In this document: positions 25,151 through 37,500 of the stretch, in pieces
Layout of the letters: each line of letters starts with the position of its first letter
Numbering within the stretch: position 1 is the stretch's first letter
Assembly (NCBI RefSeq): GCF_018350175.1
Contig: NC_058368.1
Coordinates: 166,658,001 to 166,722,000, forward strand
Source of the DNA: Felis catus
Taxonomy: Eukaryota
Length of the DNA stretch: 64,000 nucleotides
Reading direction: 5' to 3'
The notes under the pieces: generated by a model
Told to the model about the DNA's origin: nothing
Databases searched by the model: none
The model's input: the letters and a program-made list of their open reading frames with translations, nothing else
Position numbers and translations under genes: made by a program

Positions 25151-25954
25151 TCTTATGCTTTCAATGTTTTATATCTTTTTGGTTATTTGTTTTAAAAATG
25201 ACATATGACCAGATTTCAATTTTAATCTTATCTAAATACTCCTTTATTTTTAATAAAGTGTTAACTCCATATTACATTTATATATTGAATATTATGTTTG
25301 AAATAAGTTTTGGCTGTTAATTCAGTGCCACATAGTTTATTACTGCTGTAAAAAAATGTCACTTCAGATACCAACTTTTCTCCATTTTAAGTCTGAATAA
25401 TATGATTAAGTAGTAGAAACAAGCAATCATAAACTTTCAAGATATGATTTCGAGATAAAAGTTTGTTTTGTTCTGTTTCGTTTTGTTTTACTCCCACATA
25501 CTCTGCCCTTTCCAAATAACTTCCAAAATATCTCTATTCAACAAAGTCACTCAAGAACACAGATTGCTCCAATCCTTAGACCCACCATCTAAACACAAAG
25601 CTTACTTTAAGATTTCCACCAAGTAGAAAAGAGAAATTGCATTACCCATTTTCTTTACACTGTCTTCTGCTGGAAATGACACAGCTTCCTCTCTTATTTC
25701 ATGGTTCAGAGTGAGTCAGATGGCCCTAGGGGAAGGGGCTGAGAAGGGCAATCTCCCATGCATCTGAAGTGGGTAATGAAGCAGTTCATAATGCACGCAA
25801 GCAATTTTAGATAAAATCCTGATGACATTTTTAAGTGTCATAATAAATATGTGAAGTAACAGCAGGAATAGGTTGGATGATGATATTGAGACCTCTTTTC
25901 TAAGAAAATATGTACCTTTCCCTTGTTTATGACTGTTTGCATCACTCAAGAACA

Positions 25955-26990
25955 TTTTAAAATACTTTTAATGTAGAATGTGAGCATTTCTTGCCAAGTT
26001 TATCTTCTGTCCAATTTATATTGTTCATTACTAATATAAACAGAACATTTCCTCCATCATATTTCTTCTGGCTTGTCATTATTTTTGAAGTATATGGAAG
26101 TTATTAATGTTCTATATTATTAGCCACTTGTATATGTGAATTTTTTGTTTGTTCTGCTGCTATCATAGGTTATTTTCACTTGATTCTCTTAAAATTTCCA
26201 GGTACAAAATTATGTCATCTGCAAATATTAGTCAGCCTTCTTCAGTGTTTATATGTGTTATATTTCTTCTTTCTAATTTTCTTGGATAATGGCAACAGGA
26301 AATTTTTAAATAATAGTGGTAATAGAGATTTTTGTCTTATTCCTGACCTTAGTAGAAGTGTTCCTAGCATCTTTTCATTATGAATAATACTAGTTTGGGT
26401 TCAGATTAATACATTTTCTCATGCTAAGGAAACTTTAGCTTTTCCTATTTTTTTCAAAGTTTCAGAGTTGTTTTGTTTTGTTATATTTTTATTTTTTTTT
26501 AATTTTATTTTTCAACGTTTATTTATTTTTTGGGACAGAGAGAGACAGAGCATGAACGGGGGGAGGGGCAGAGAGAGAGGGAGACACAGAATCGGAAACA
26601 GGCTCCAGGCTCTGAGCCATCAGCCCAGAGACTGACACGGGGCTCGAACTCACGGACCGCGAGATCGTGACCTGGCTGAAGTCGGACGCTTAACCGACTG
26701 CGCCACCCAGGCGCCCCTATTTTGTTATATTTTTAATAAGACAAAGACTTGCATTTCATCAAAGGAATTTTCAGCATCTACAGAAATACTCAGATGATAT
26801 TTGGGTACTTCCCAAATAATGTAAATGTAATTATATTAATTATATGCCCTAATGTAAATATAAATTATATTAATATATGCCAAATATTGAACCAATCTAG
26901 TCCTGGAATAAACCCCACTAAATTATATTGTGCTTAAGTGTTCCTAGATTTCTGCTTAAATTTTATTGAACATTATTACATCAAAACTCA
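25955..26990 (-). mobile_element. Ancient L1 ORF2 fragment, interrupted by a SINE
   Basis: atgtcatctgcaaata...aaataatagtggtaatagag...ttgtcttattcctgaccttag...aatattgaaccaatctagtcctggaataaaccccac. Confidence 0.6.
26492..26717 (-). mobile_element. Can-SINE, very young subfamily
   Basis: CpG-rich, same diagnostics as the 13561 copy. TSD ttttgttatattttta at 26476-26491 / 26720-26735. Confidence 0.97.
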
Positions 26991-26995
26991 TTACT

Positions 26996-27805
26996 TATTT
27001 TTAGAGCTTTATTGGGGTATAATTGACAATTAAAAATTATATATATTTAAGGTGTACAATTTAATGAGGTGATCCACAGTGTGACATAATCACCACAATC
27101 AAGATAATTAACATATCTATTACCTTTTGTAGTTACCATCTTCTTGTTTTGTGTATGGCAAGAACACTTGAGGTCTAAACTCTTAGCAAACTTCCAGTAT
27201 ATAATGCACTATTGTTAACTGTAGTCACAGTGTTGTACATTAGATCTCCAGAATTTATTCATCTTGCATAACTGACACTTTGTGCCCTTTGACCAACATT
27301 TCATTTGCCCCTTTCCTCACATCTTTGCAACCACCACTCTACTCTCTGATTCTGAGTCTATTTTAGATTCCACATATAAATGAGATCATGCAGTATTTGT
27401 CTTTTAGTATCTGACTTATTTCACTCAGCATAATGTCCTCCGAGTTTATCCATGTTGTTGCAAATGGCAGAATTTCCTTCTTTTTAATAGTGATTAATAG
27501 TCCATGGGCTGCCTGTGTGTTTCAGTCAGTTAAGTGTCTGAATCTTGATTTCCACTCAGGTCATGATCTCACGGTTGTGAGACTGAGTCCCACATTGGGC
27601 TCTGCACTGGGTGTGGACCCTGCTTAAGTATCTCTCTCCTCTTCTGCCCCTGCTCTGCTCACATGTGCCTACTCACTCTTTGTCTCTTTCTCTCTCTCTC
27701 TCTCAACAACAACAAAAATAGAATGAATAATAGTCCATTTTATTTGTAACTACTTTTCTTTTATCCATTCATCCGTCATAGGGCATTTAGGTTGTCTCCA
27801 TATTT
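26996..27805 (-). mobile_element. L1MA9/L1MA10-like 3' end, interrupted by SINEs
   Basis: tttattggggtataattgaca...tttaaggtgtacaa...tgttgtacattagatctccagaatttattcatcttgcataactga. Confidence 0.8.
27506..27723 (+). mobile_element. Older Can-SINE
   Basis: Diverged head containing tcttgatttccactcaggtcatgatctc. TSD tga(t/a)taatagtccat at 27491-27505 / 27724-27738. Confidence 0.88.
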
Positions 27806-28008
27806 TTAAAAAAATTAATAAATTAATTTAATTTTGAGAGAGAGAGAGAGAGTGAGCAAGGGAGGGCCAGCGAGAGAAGGAGACACAGAATCCTAAGCAG
27901 GCTCCAGACTCTGAGCTTTCAGCACAGAGCCCGACGGGGGCTGGAACCCACAAACCTCGAGATCATGACCTGGGCCAAAGTGGGACATTTAACCACCCAG
28001 GTGCCCCC
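27806..28008 (-). mobile_element. Can-SINE with a small deletion in the head
   Basis: TSD taggttgtctc(c/t)atatt at about 27788-27804 / 28009-28025. Confidence 0.9.
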
Positions 28009-28850
28009 TAGGTTGTCTCTATATTATCCATACATCTGTCTTTAAAAATTTTTTAAGTTAAAATAAAAATTGTTATAAAATTTATACTTGAAATGTGAGA
28101 ATTTAGAAATCTTCTTTATTTCCTATTCTAAATGGCCTTTTGTGTTCTTTAAATATTTCATAGTATTTCTTGTGAAACCAAGTAAGGTTAGAGCTTTTGG
28201 GGGAAAGACTGGTTATTTCTTTTAAAATGTTATTTCTTCAATGGAAATTGACTCTCTCTTTCTCCAAATATAATACATTTGTAGTTTTTCCAGTTTTTTT
28301 TTTTTTTTTTTTTTGTTAAGGGCTCTATTTTCTTTAACTACAGCAATAGGCTGTTATATAATACATAATATTCCCATATCCTGGCCCTCATAGAACCTGA
28401 TCTTGTTCAAGTGGGCTTTTGCTTAATCCTGCATCTCTAGTTTCTTAGAGTGCTGGATCTAGGATGATAGTACTTGCCTTCCTGGATGATGCATTCATTT
28501 TTGAAGGTGTATTTTGCTGCCAAATTTGATACCTGCCATCTCCAAAAAACGTTTCTAGGACTCTGGTCCTTTATCATGTCAGGTTTCCCCCACCCCCAGA
28601 GGTTCCCTGTCAGGGTGGATCTCCCCTCTGAGAGTGAATAGTTGCTGAAGATTTCTGAGATCTGCCATTTTAAGGTCCTCGCCATCCTTCTTGTTCTTTG
28701 CCACAGAACCTTATGACTTTCATACACTTCATAAATGGTTCCTTTGGTCTCAGATACTTTAGGTAACCCTCAATGGTAATTGGAGTTCTAGGTTTTCTCT
28801 GACTTCTCATTATACCAAAAATGTACTCAATGTTTGTTGATGTTGTTCCA

Positions 28851-29555
28851 AAGATAATTTTTTAGAGCAGTTTTAGGTTCATATTACATGTACCGAAAGG
28901 TACCTAGCCCGTACATGCATAGTCATCCCTATTATGGATGACCCCACCAGAGTTCTACATATGTTACAACTGATGAACCTACACTGACACATCCTAATCA
29001 CTCAAAGTCCATAGTTTACATTCTTGTTGTGCATTCTATGGGTTTGGATAAGTGTATAATGACTTGTATTTGTCACTGTAGGATCACAAAATATTTTCAC
29101 TGCCCTAAAAATTCTTTGTGCTCCACCTATTCAACCCTCCCTTGCTTCCCCAGCCTTTGGTAACTGATATTTTTTACTGTCTCCATAGTATTACTGCCTT
29201 TCCCACAATCATAGAACTGGAATCATACACTCTGTAGCCTCCTCAGATTATCTTTTTTCACTTAGTAACATGCATTTAAGGTTCCTCCATGTCTTTTCAT
29301 GTCTTGATAGCACATTTATTTTTAGTGCTGAAAAATATTCCCTTATCTAGAATGGCATATTTTTCTTATGCAGTTTACTTATCTATTCATCCAATGAAGA
29401 ACGTCTTGGTTGCTTCCAAGTTTTGGCAATTATGAATAAAGTTGCTATAAATATCCATGTGCAGGTTTTTGTATGGTCATAGGTTTTCAATCCTTTGGGT
29501 AAATACCAAGAGGCACAATGGCTGGATCATATGGTAAAATTATGTTTAGTTTTCC
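28851..29555 (-). mobile_element. L1MC1/L1MB-like 3' region
   Basis: ttttagagcagttttaggttca...gttacaactgatgaacctacactgacacatc...aaagtccatagtttacatt. Confidence 0.8.
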
Positions 29556-29689
29556 AAGTACTCTCTGAGTTTCTATTGTTATTCTTCTGGTTGCTTTTCA
29601 TGGGAGACTTTAAAATTTAGCATTGCTATTTATGCTCCTAACCAGAATGAAAAGTTCTGCTCACTTCCTCTTAAATGAGATATCTCAAA

Positions 29690-30185
29690 ATCAGAAGCTA
29701 ACAGAATCCAGTCAAGAAAAAATAAATGAGTAAATTTGGCTGGATTTATGAAAATGCTATCTTGAATTTTCTGGGCACACATACTGCATATATTAAAAAG
29801 TAAGAATATTCTTCATTTCCACAATAAAGCGCCCACTCTAATTTTCTTAGAATATAAAACCATCTCTTTAATGTTCCACTTTTAGTTATGCAAGGAGAAG
29901 AAAAGCAACAGAGGAAATAAATGGTCTATCTGAACCAAGACTCAGCCTCATGCCTGGGAGTAATTACAGATTGACAAGGAGGGTATCAACCTAGAAAGTG
30001 TGCACCACTACTTATGTGGCTTGGGTCCAGTGTGACAGCTATTCAGATTATCCAAGAAACCCTAGGAATTTGGGTTTCTATGTGAAATATCCTGCATTTT
30101 AACTGATGGCGTATTTTTAAAAACATATTCAAGTCAAACAAACATTTGTTAGCCTTGTCTGAGCAGCAGACTTTCAGCATATGAA
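29690..30185 (-). mobile_element. hAT-Charlie fossil (Charlie4/MER102-like)
   Basis: gaatattcttcatttccaca and atgtgaaatatcctgcattttaa...caaacaaacatttgt resemble recalled Charlie consensus segments. Confidence 0.45.
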
Positions 30186-31028
30186 GCCATCCTGATCCCT
30201 TAAACTTCATTGTTATTGCTACATTTGGCATCATCTCAATTTCTGTGTGTCTGAAAGTGGGCACATAAATATATATTTCATTTTTGACTTTTATATCTAA
30301 AAATATCACTGGCAGTGTAGGCTTAATTTTTTGTTTAAGTGATGGAGAGCACATCTACTTCTCTGTCAGTAAAACCTGCCAGTCATTTCTCATTTAAACA
30401 CTTGTTCATTAAATTATATATATTTTCTCTATTCCATGCTTTTGGCTTATTTTAGACCTTGATAAATTGAACACTTTTACTTTTTCCTCTCAGATATTCT
30501 ATGCCCGATGCTCCTTTTACTACATCAACATAAAGGATGGATTAATGATTTTACTGGGAAGACAGGGACATCCATTTTACAGCATCCTCACAGACATCAC
30601 AGGGCTATATGGTGCTCTAGATAATTACAGGAACAAATGCCCAACAGAAACATCAGAAAATGGCACCAGGGAGAAATGAAGTAAAATCAGATTGCATTAA
30701 ACAAAATATTTTATAACTCATAAGATATATATGTTTAACATTTCGGCTTAAAAATATAAATGAAAGAATCAGACAATCGACCAAAACAAGACAAAAAAAT
30801 CTTGAGTTTTATTTTGTCTCTTTCTTTCTTTTTTGTTTCCTGGCTTCTAAGTATATCTTTTAATCAACTTTCAGCATATGGTAAACTTCCAACTTTCCCT
30901 GAATCATAGTGGACCCTATTTAACTTTGAAAATTTGATGAAAAAAAATGCTAAACTAAGATTACTGTAAGTTTTCTTTATTGAAATCACACCTACTGGCA
31001 CGTAGTAGATACTCAATTAGTATTTCTT

Positions 31029-31225
31029 TTTTTTTTTTTTTTAATGTTTATTTTTGAGAGAGAGAGAGAGCATGAACAGGGGAGGAGCAAATATAAGGAG
31101 ACACAGAATCAGAAACAGGCTCCAGGCTCGGACCTGTCAGCACAGAGACCCATGTAGGGCTCGAACTCACAAACCGTGAGATCATGACCTGGGCCGCTTA
31201 CCGGACTGAGCCACCCAGGCGCCCC
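31029..31225 (-). mobile_element. Can-SINE with a small deletion in the head
   Basis: TSD ctcaattagtatttctt at 31012-31028 / 31225-31241. Confidence 0.93.
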
Positions 31226-31368
31226 TCAATTAGTATTTCTTAAAATATAAATTAATAAGCATCTTTATAATGATGTCCATTAATTTATTCTAGCTGCATG
31301 CTGGAATTCTCACCAGCCTTGTGAAATGGAGTAATCTGAATTTATTAAAAAAAAAAAAAAAAAAACTA

Positions 31369-31593
31369 GGGGCGCCTGGGTGGCACAGTCGGTTAAGCGC
31401 CCGACTTCAGCCAGGTCACGATCTCGCGGTCCGTGAGTTCGAGCCCCGCGTCAGGCTCTGGGCTGATGGCTCAGAGCCTGGAGCCTGTTTCCGATTCTGT
31501 GTCTCCCTCTCTCTCTGTCCCTCCCCCGTTCATGCTCTGTCTCTCTCTGTCCCCAAAATAAATAAACGTTGAAAAAAAAATTAAAAAAAAAAA
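31369..31593 (+). mobile_element. Can-SINE, very young subfamily
   Basis: Nearly identical to the 13561 copy, inserted in an A-run. A-rich TSD ending in acta. Confidence 0.96.
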
Positions 31594-32159
31594 CACTAAA
31601 TTTTATCTTTGTACACACTCTTACAATTACTACTTAATTCGCTAAGTTTTCAGGCTATGGAGACTGGCAGAATGGGCAGTATGCTAAGTTTTGGGATTTG
31701 AGGAATTCTTACAATTCAATAGCATCTTTTAAATTTTAAAAGCTACATCTCATTTAATCTAGCATTACAACTTCTAGATTATACTAAAGAATGGCCCCCC
31801 CTCATTTGTGAAATTACAGCACTAGGTTTTCAGAATGTAAGACTAAAGCTTACTTTATATCCATCAGTCAGTAAAAAGATAAAATATGCTACATTTATAT
31901 AGTGGAAGACTTTGCAACATTTAACAAAAAGTTAGATGTCTAGTTATTTCTGTGCTATGTGTTATCTTTTAAATGACACATCCTAGATAAAAATGTTATC
32001 TGTATTATGTTTCTGTTTGTAAAAAATGAAAAAAATCTTAACATATACCTACAATGGTATACAAGTACAAATTATATGTATACTGTTCATATATATAAGG
32101 ACTATCTCTTGATGATGCATGAAATTACCAGTTCTCTTCTGGGGTGGGGAACTGAAGGA

Positions 32160-32400
32160 AGTAGTAACAATAGTAGTAACAACATCTAACTACATACCAA
32201 GAAGTTGTATTTAATTTACACATCATATTCCATTGAATCTACATAAAAATGACCAGTAGGTTCTAATATCATCCCTTTTATTCAGAAATAAAAAAATTGG
32301 CTCACAGAGAAATTAATTTGACTAAAAACATGGAATTAGTTATTTGTGATTCCAGAATGAGCCCAACCTATCTGACTTCAGAACCAGGGCTCTTAAACTT
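32160..32400 (-). mobile_element. MIR remnant
   Basis: atcatccctttta...ggctcacagaga...ctatctgacttcagaaccagggctcttaa. Confidence 0.55.
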
Positions 32401-33731
32401 GTGTGTATATGTCTAAGTTTAATTTACTCAAGTGTTTTTAAAAATTAAAGTTACATGCACATTGTTTGAAGAGTCAAGCTGTTCCTTAAGGATTATTATG
32501 AAAAACTTTTACCACCAACCCTGTAGGGTTCCCCCCCCCCCGAGTCACCTACTTTCAATTTTTGTCAATATTCAAAGTGTTTCACCAAGTGGATGCCTAA
32601 TAGTATTATATAACTACATTTCAGTTTTTCAGCTTTAGGCATTATTCATGAACTTCTCACTAAGAAAGATATGATTTTCACTTTATTATCCTCTTCTCTC
32701 TCCTTTATCTCTGCAACAAACAACACACTTGCCTGCCATCCTGCTAATGCAGTAACTTCACTTTGGGGTTAGAACATTATCCAGTGTTTAAAATGATGAT
32801 GTTGTAAATACTATTCACCACTGAGCCATAGAGCATATTTCTTTTCTTCTTATATTCCTCACAGTGAATTTGTCTTATTTTGTCTTACTGTTTCTTTGAA
32901 CAGTTTCCTGCTTTTATAACTTAAAACATCCAGCCAAGTGTCCGAGCCTCCTTGAAATGCATTCAGACTTAGCAGCTGTACAATCATTTGGATCTTATCA
33001 AAAAATCTCTGGCTACTTCCCACCTGCTCCAATCTGAACTTTGACCTCTGTCTGTAGAGCACAAGGATTTAGGTTTTTTGCTTTGTCATTATCCTAGAGT
33101 CTCCCTTTGCCCCTTCCTGCCTTACTTTGATCCCCTGCTTCCTGGATCCCATCATATGTATTAACCTTTTTAAAATTGTTGTTGTTTAATTTCTCATTTT
33201 GGTTGAGGATCTCAATAGTCTTCAATATCTTTCAGAATTTATCTTTACCCTCATCTTTGTATGAAAGTTTAGTTGGAGGTAGAATTCTGGACTGGAAATC
33301 ATTTTTGCTCAGTAATTTCATATTACCCTTTTGCCTTTAAGCATTCTATGCTGAAACGGAAACAGTGAAAATTACTTTTTTTCCTGAGTCTGTATAAGAC
33401 AAGTTTTTCTTAAGGGAGTTTTGTAGGATATTCATGTTATCTTCATGATTTGAAATTCAACAGTGATTTTATCATGGTGTGCATCTGTTTTCATCCATGG
33501 CTCTGGATATTTAGCAAGTGCTCTCAATCAACAGACTCATGATTTTTAGCTCTGGGAAATATTATTTAATAATTTTACTATTTTCTCCTCTCCTTCCTTT
33601 CTCTGCTGCCTCTTTCTAGATGTTGAACATTTAGATCATTTTTTTCTTCCTATTTATCCTATATTTTATTTAGTTCTGCTTTGTTCTTATTATGTGGAGC
33701 AAAAACTTTCCAAAAATTCTGTTGAGTTTTT

Positions 33732-33915
33732 CTTTTCTGTTTTAATATTTATTTTAGAGAGAGAGTGCAAGTGGTAGAGGGGCAGAGAGAGGGTGACAGG
33801 ATCTGAAGCAGGCTCTGCGCTGACAGCAAGTGAGCCTGATGTGGGACTCAAACCACGAAGATCATGACCTGAGCTGAAGTTGGAAGCTCAACGGACTGAG
33901 CCACCCAAATGCCTC
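33732..33915 (-). mobile_element. Can-SINE (diverged)
   Basis: Reverse-complemented head (ctgagccacccaaatgcctc) and GA tract. Confidence 0.88.
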
Positions 33916-34004
33916 GCATTTTTCAATTCTAGTTTCACAATTTTAATTTTGAAAAGTTTTGCTTTCATCTCTGATTTTTCTCTATTAAAAATATAGCATC
34001 TCCT

Positions 34005-34241
34005 GGGGAACCTGGGTGGTTCAGTAGTTAAGCATCTGACTTCAGCTGGTCATGATCTCACATCGGGTGAGCTCGAGCCCCACTTCCGGTAAGCACTAGC
34101 TCTGCTTTGGGTAAACACGAGCCTCACTTTGGGTGAGCCCCACTTCTCTCTCTCCCTCTTCCTCTGCCCCTTCTGGGATTCTCTTTCTCACTGTCCCAAA
34201 CTCACTTGCACCCTGTGTCTTCCTCTCTGTCAAAAAAAAAA
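34005..34241 (+). mobile_element. Variant Can-SINE with internal tandem gagccccacttcgggt-like repeats
   Basis: tRNA head, then 3-4 diverged units of about 20 bp, two CT tracts and poly(A). Confidence 0.85.
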
Positions 34242-34261
34242 TATATATATATATATATATG

Positions 34262-34334
<73 letters not shown>
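34241..34334. repeat. Interrupted (AT)n microsatellite containing a perfect 84-bp palindrome
   Basis: (AT)10-GTATGTG-(TA)15-CACATAC-(AT)15. Confidence 0.95.
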
Positions 34335-34337
<3 letters not shown>

Positions 34338-34507
34338 CTCTTTCTGTTTGTACATATAACACTTCCCATATGTCTCTCAGAAAAATAATGATACCATTGT
34401 ATTTTTTTTGTTTTCTTAATTTTACTACATTCCAGTGTAAAATATAAATTTAACATAATTACGCATAAGACAGTATCAAATTTTAATTTTGTATAGTGTC
34501 TTATTTT

Positions 34508-37500
34508 TCACTTTTTAGTTCAAGTTTTTATTTAAGTTCCAGTTAGCTGGAATACTGTGTAATATTAGTTTCAGGTGTAGAATTTAGTGACTAATCACTT
34601 TCATATAACACCTAGTGCTCATCACAACCAGTGTCCTCCTTAATACCCATCACCCATACGACCCCACGCCAACCCACCTCCCCTCCAACAGCCCTCAGTT
34701 TGTTCTCTATAGTGAAGAAACTGTTTTCTGATTTGCCCCTTGCTTTCCCCCTATGTTCATCCACTTTGTTTCTTCAGGTACATGTATGAGTGAAATAATA
34801 TGGTATTTGTCTTTTTCTGCCTTATTTTGCTTAGCATAATAGTCTCTATTTCCATCCATGTCTTTATATGTGTGTGTATGTGTGTGTGTTTGTGTGCATA
34901 TACGTACATATATACCGCATCTTTATCCATTCATCAGTTGATGGGCATTAGGCTCTTTCCATAATTTGGCAGTTGTTGATAGTGCTGCTATAAACATTAG
35001 GGTGCATGTATCCCTTCCATTCAGTAATTTTGTATCCTTTGGGAAAATACCTAGTAGTGCAATTGCTAGATCATAAGTAGTTCTATTTTTAACATTTTGA
35101 GGAACCTCCATACTGTTTTCTAGAGTGGCTACACCCATTTTTATTACCTCCAATAGTGTAAGAGGGTCTTCCTTTCTCTGCATCATCATCAACATCTGTT
35201 TTGTGTGTGGTTAATTTTAACCATCTGACAGATATCAGGTGATATCTTATTGTGGTTTTGATTTTTATTTCCCTGATGATTAGTGATGTTGATGTGTCTA
35301 TTGGACATCTGGATATCTTTGGAAAAATGTCTAGTCATGTCTTCTGCCCATTTCTTAACTGGATTATTTGTTTTTTGGGTGTTGAGTTTGGTAAGTTCTT
35401 TATAGGTTTTGGACACTAACCCTTTATCAGATATATCATTAGCAGATATCTTCTTTCATTCTGAAGATTGCCTTTTACTTTTGTTGATTGTTTCTTTTGC
35501 TGTGCAGAAGCTTTTTATCTTGAAGCCTCAATAGTTCAAAAGTTTAGCTTTAGTTTCCCTTACCTCTGGAGATGTGACTAGTAAGAATTGCCATGGCCAA
35601 TGTCAAAGAGGTTACTGCCTGTGTTCTTTTCTAGGATTTTGATATTTTTCTGTCTCAGATTTGGTCTTTCATCTATTTTGAGGGTTTTTTGTGTATGGTA
35701 TAAGTTTCATTGTTTTGCATGTTGCTGTCTAGTTTTCAAGACTGACCTTTTCCCATTGGATATTCTTTCTTGATTTGATGAAGAATAGTTGACCATAGTT
35801 GTGGAACCACTCCTGGGTTTTCTGTTCTGTTCCATTGATCTATGTGTCTGTTTTTGTGCCACTACCATACTGTCTTGATCACTACAGCTTTGCAATGTAA
35901 CCTAAAGTCTGGAGTCGTGATGCCTCCAGCTTTACTTTGCTTTTCTAGATTATTTTGGGTATTTGGGGTCTTTTTTGACCCCAAGTTTTAGGGTTGTTTG
36001 TTCTAGCTCTGTGAAAAATGCTGTTGATATTTTGATAAAGATTGCATTAAATGTGTAGATTGCTTTGGGTAGCATAGACATTTTAACACTGTTTGTTCCT
36101 TTAATACATGAGCATGGAGTGCCTTTCCATTTCTTTGTCATCTTCACCAGTGTTTTATAGTTTTCAGACTACAGGTCATTCACCTCTTTGGTTAGGTTTA
36201 TTCCTACATATATTATTGTTTTTGCATAATTTTAAATGAGATTAATTCCTTGATTTCTGTTTCTCTACCTCATTATTGGTATATAGAAATGCAACAGATT
36301 TAAGTACATTGATTTTGTATCCATCCTGAGACTGTACTGAATTTATATATCAGGTCTAGCAGTTTTTTGGTGGCATCTTCCAGGTTTTCTACATAAAGTT
36401 GCATGTCATCTGCAAATAAGGAAAGTTTGAATTCTTCCTTGATGATTTGGATGTCTTTTATTTCTTTTTGGTGTCTGATTGCTGAAGGTAGATATACTAC
36501 TACTATGTTAAATGACAGTAGTGAGAGTGGACATCCCTATCCTGCTCCTGTTCATAGAGGAAAAGCTCTCAGTTTTTCCCCATTGAGGATGATATTAGCT
36601 GTGGGTTTTTGTATATGGCCTTTATGATGTTGAGGTTATGTTCCCTCTATCCCTACTTTGTTAAAAGATTTTATCAAGAATGGATGCTTTGTCAAATGTT
36701 TTTTCCTGCATCTCTTGAGAGGATCATATGGTTCTTAGCCTTTTTTTATTAATATGGTATATCACATTGATTGATTTGTAAATATTGAGCCACCCATGCA
36801 ACCGAGCTATAAACCCTACTTGATTGTGGTGAATGATTCTTTTAATATACTGTTGGATTTGATTTGCTAGTATTTTATTGAGAAGTTTTGCATCAATGAT
36901 CATCAGGGGTATTGGCCTGTAGTTTCTCTTTTTAGTGGAGCCTTATATGGTTTTGGAATCAGATCAATGCTGGCCACATAAAGTGAGTTTGGAAGCTTTC
37001 CTTCCATTTCTCTTTTTTGGAATAGTTTGAGAAGAATAGATGTTAACTCTTATTTAAATGTTTGGTAGAATTCCCCTGGGAAGACCTGGACTTTTGTGTT
37101 TTGGGAGATTTTTGATTATTGATTTAATTTCTTTGCAGGTTATCAGTCTGTTTGAGTTTCCTGTTTTTTTCTTGTTTGAATTTTGGTACTTTATATGTTT
37201 CTAGGTATTTATCAATTTCTTCCAGATTGTCCAGTTTGTTGGCACATAATTTTTCATAATATACTCTTATAATTGTTTGTATTACCATGGTGTTGATTGT
37301 GATCTCTCCTCTCTCATTTGTGATTTTATTTATTTGAGTCCTTTCTCTTTTCTGTAACTTTGGCTAGGGGGTTATAAATACTATTATTTTTTTCAAAAAA
37401 CCAGCACCTCCTTTCAAAGTATAGCATCTGTCCTATTGTGTTTTTGTTTATTTTTATATCATTTTTTCAGCTCTAATATTTATTATTCCCCTTCTTCTGT

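Noticed and set aside
34096..34456. Cluster of overlapping ORFs rich in Ile/Tyr
   Set aside because: Produced by the stop-free (AT)n microsatellite.
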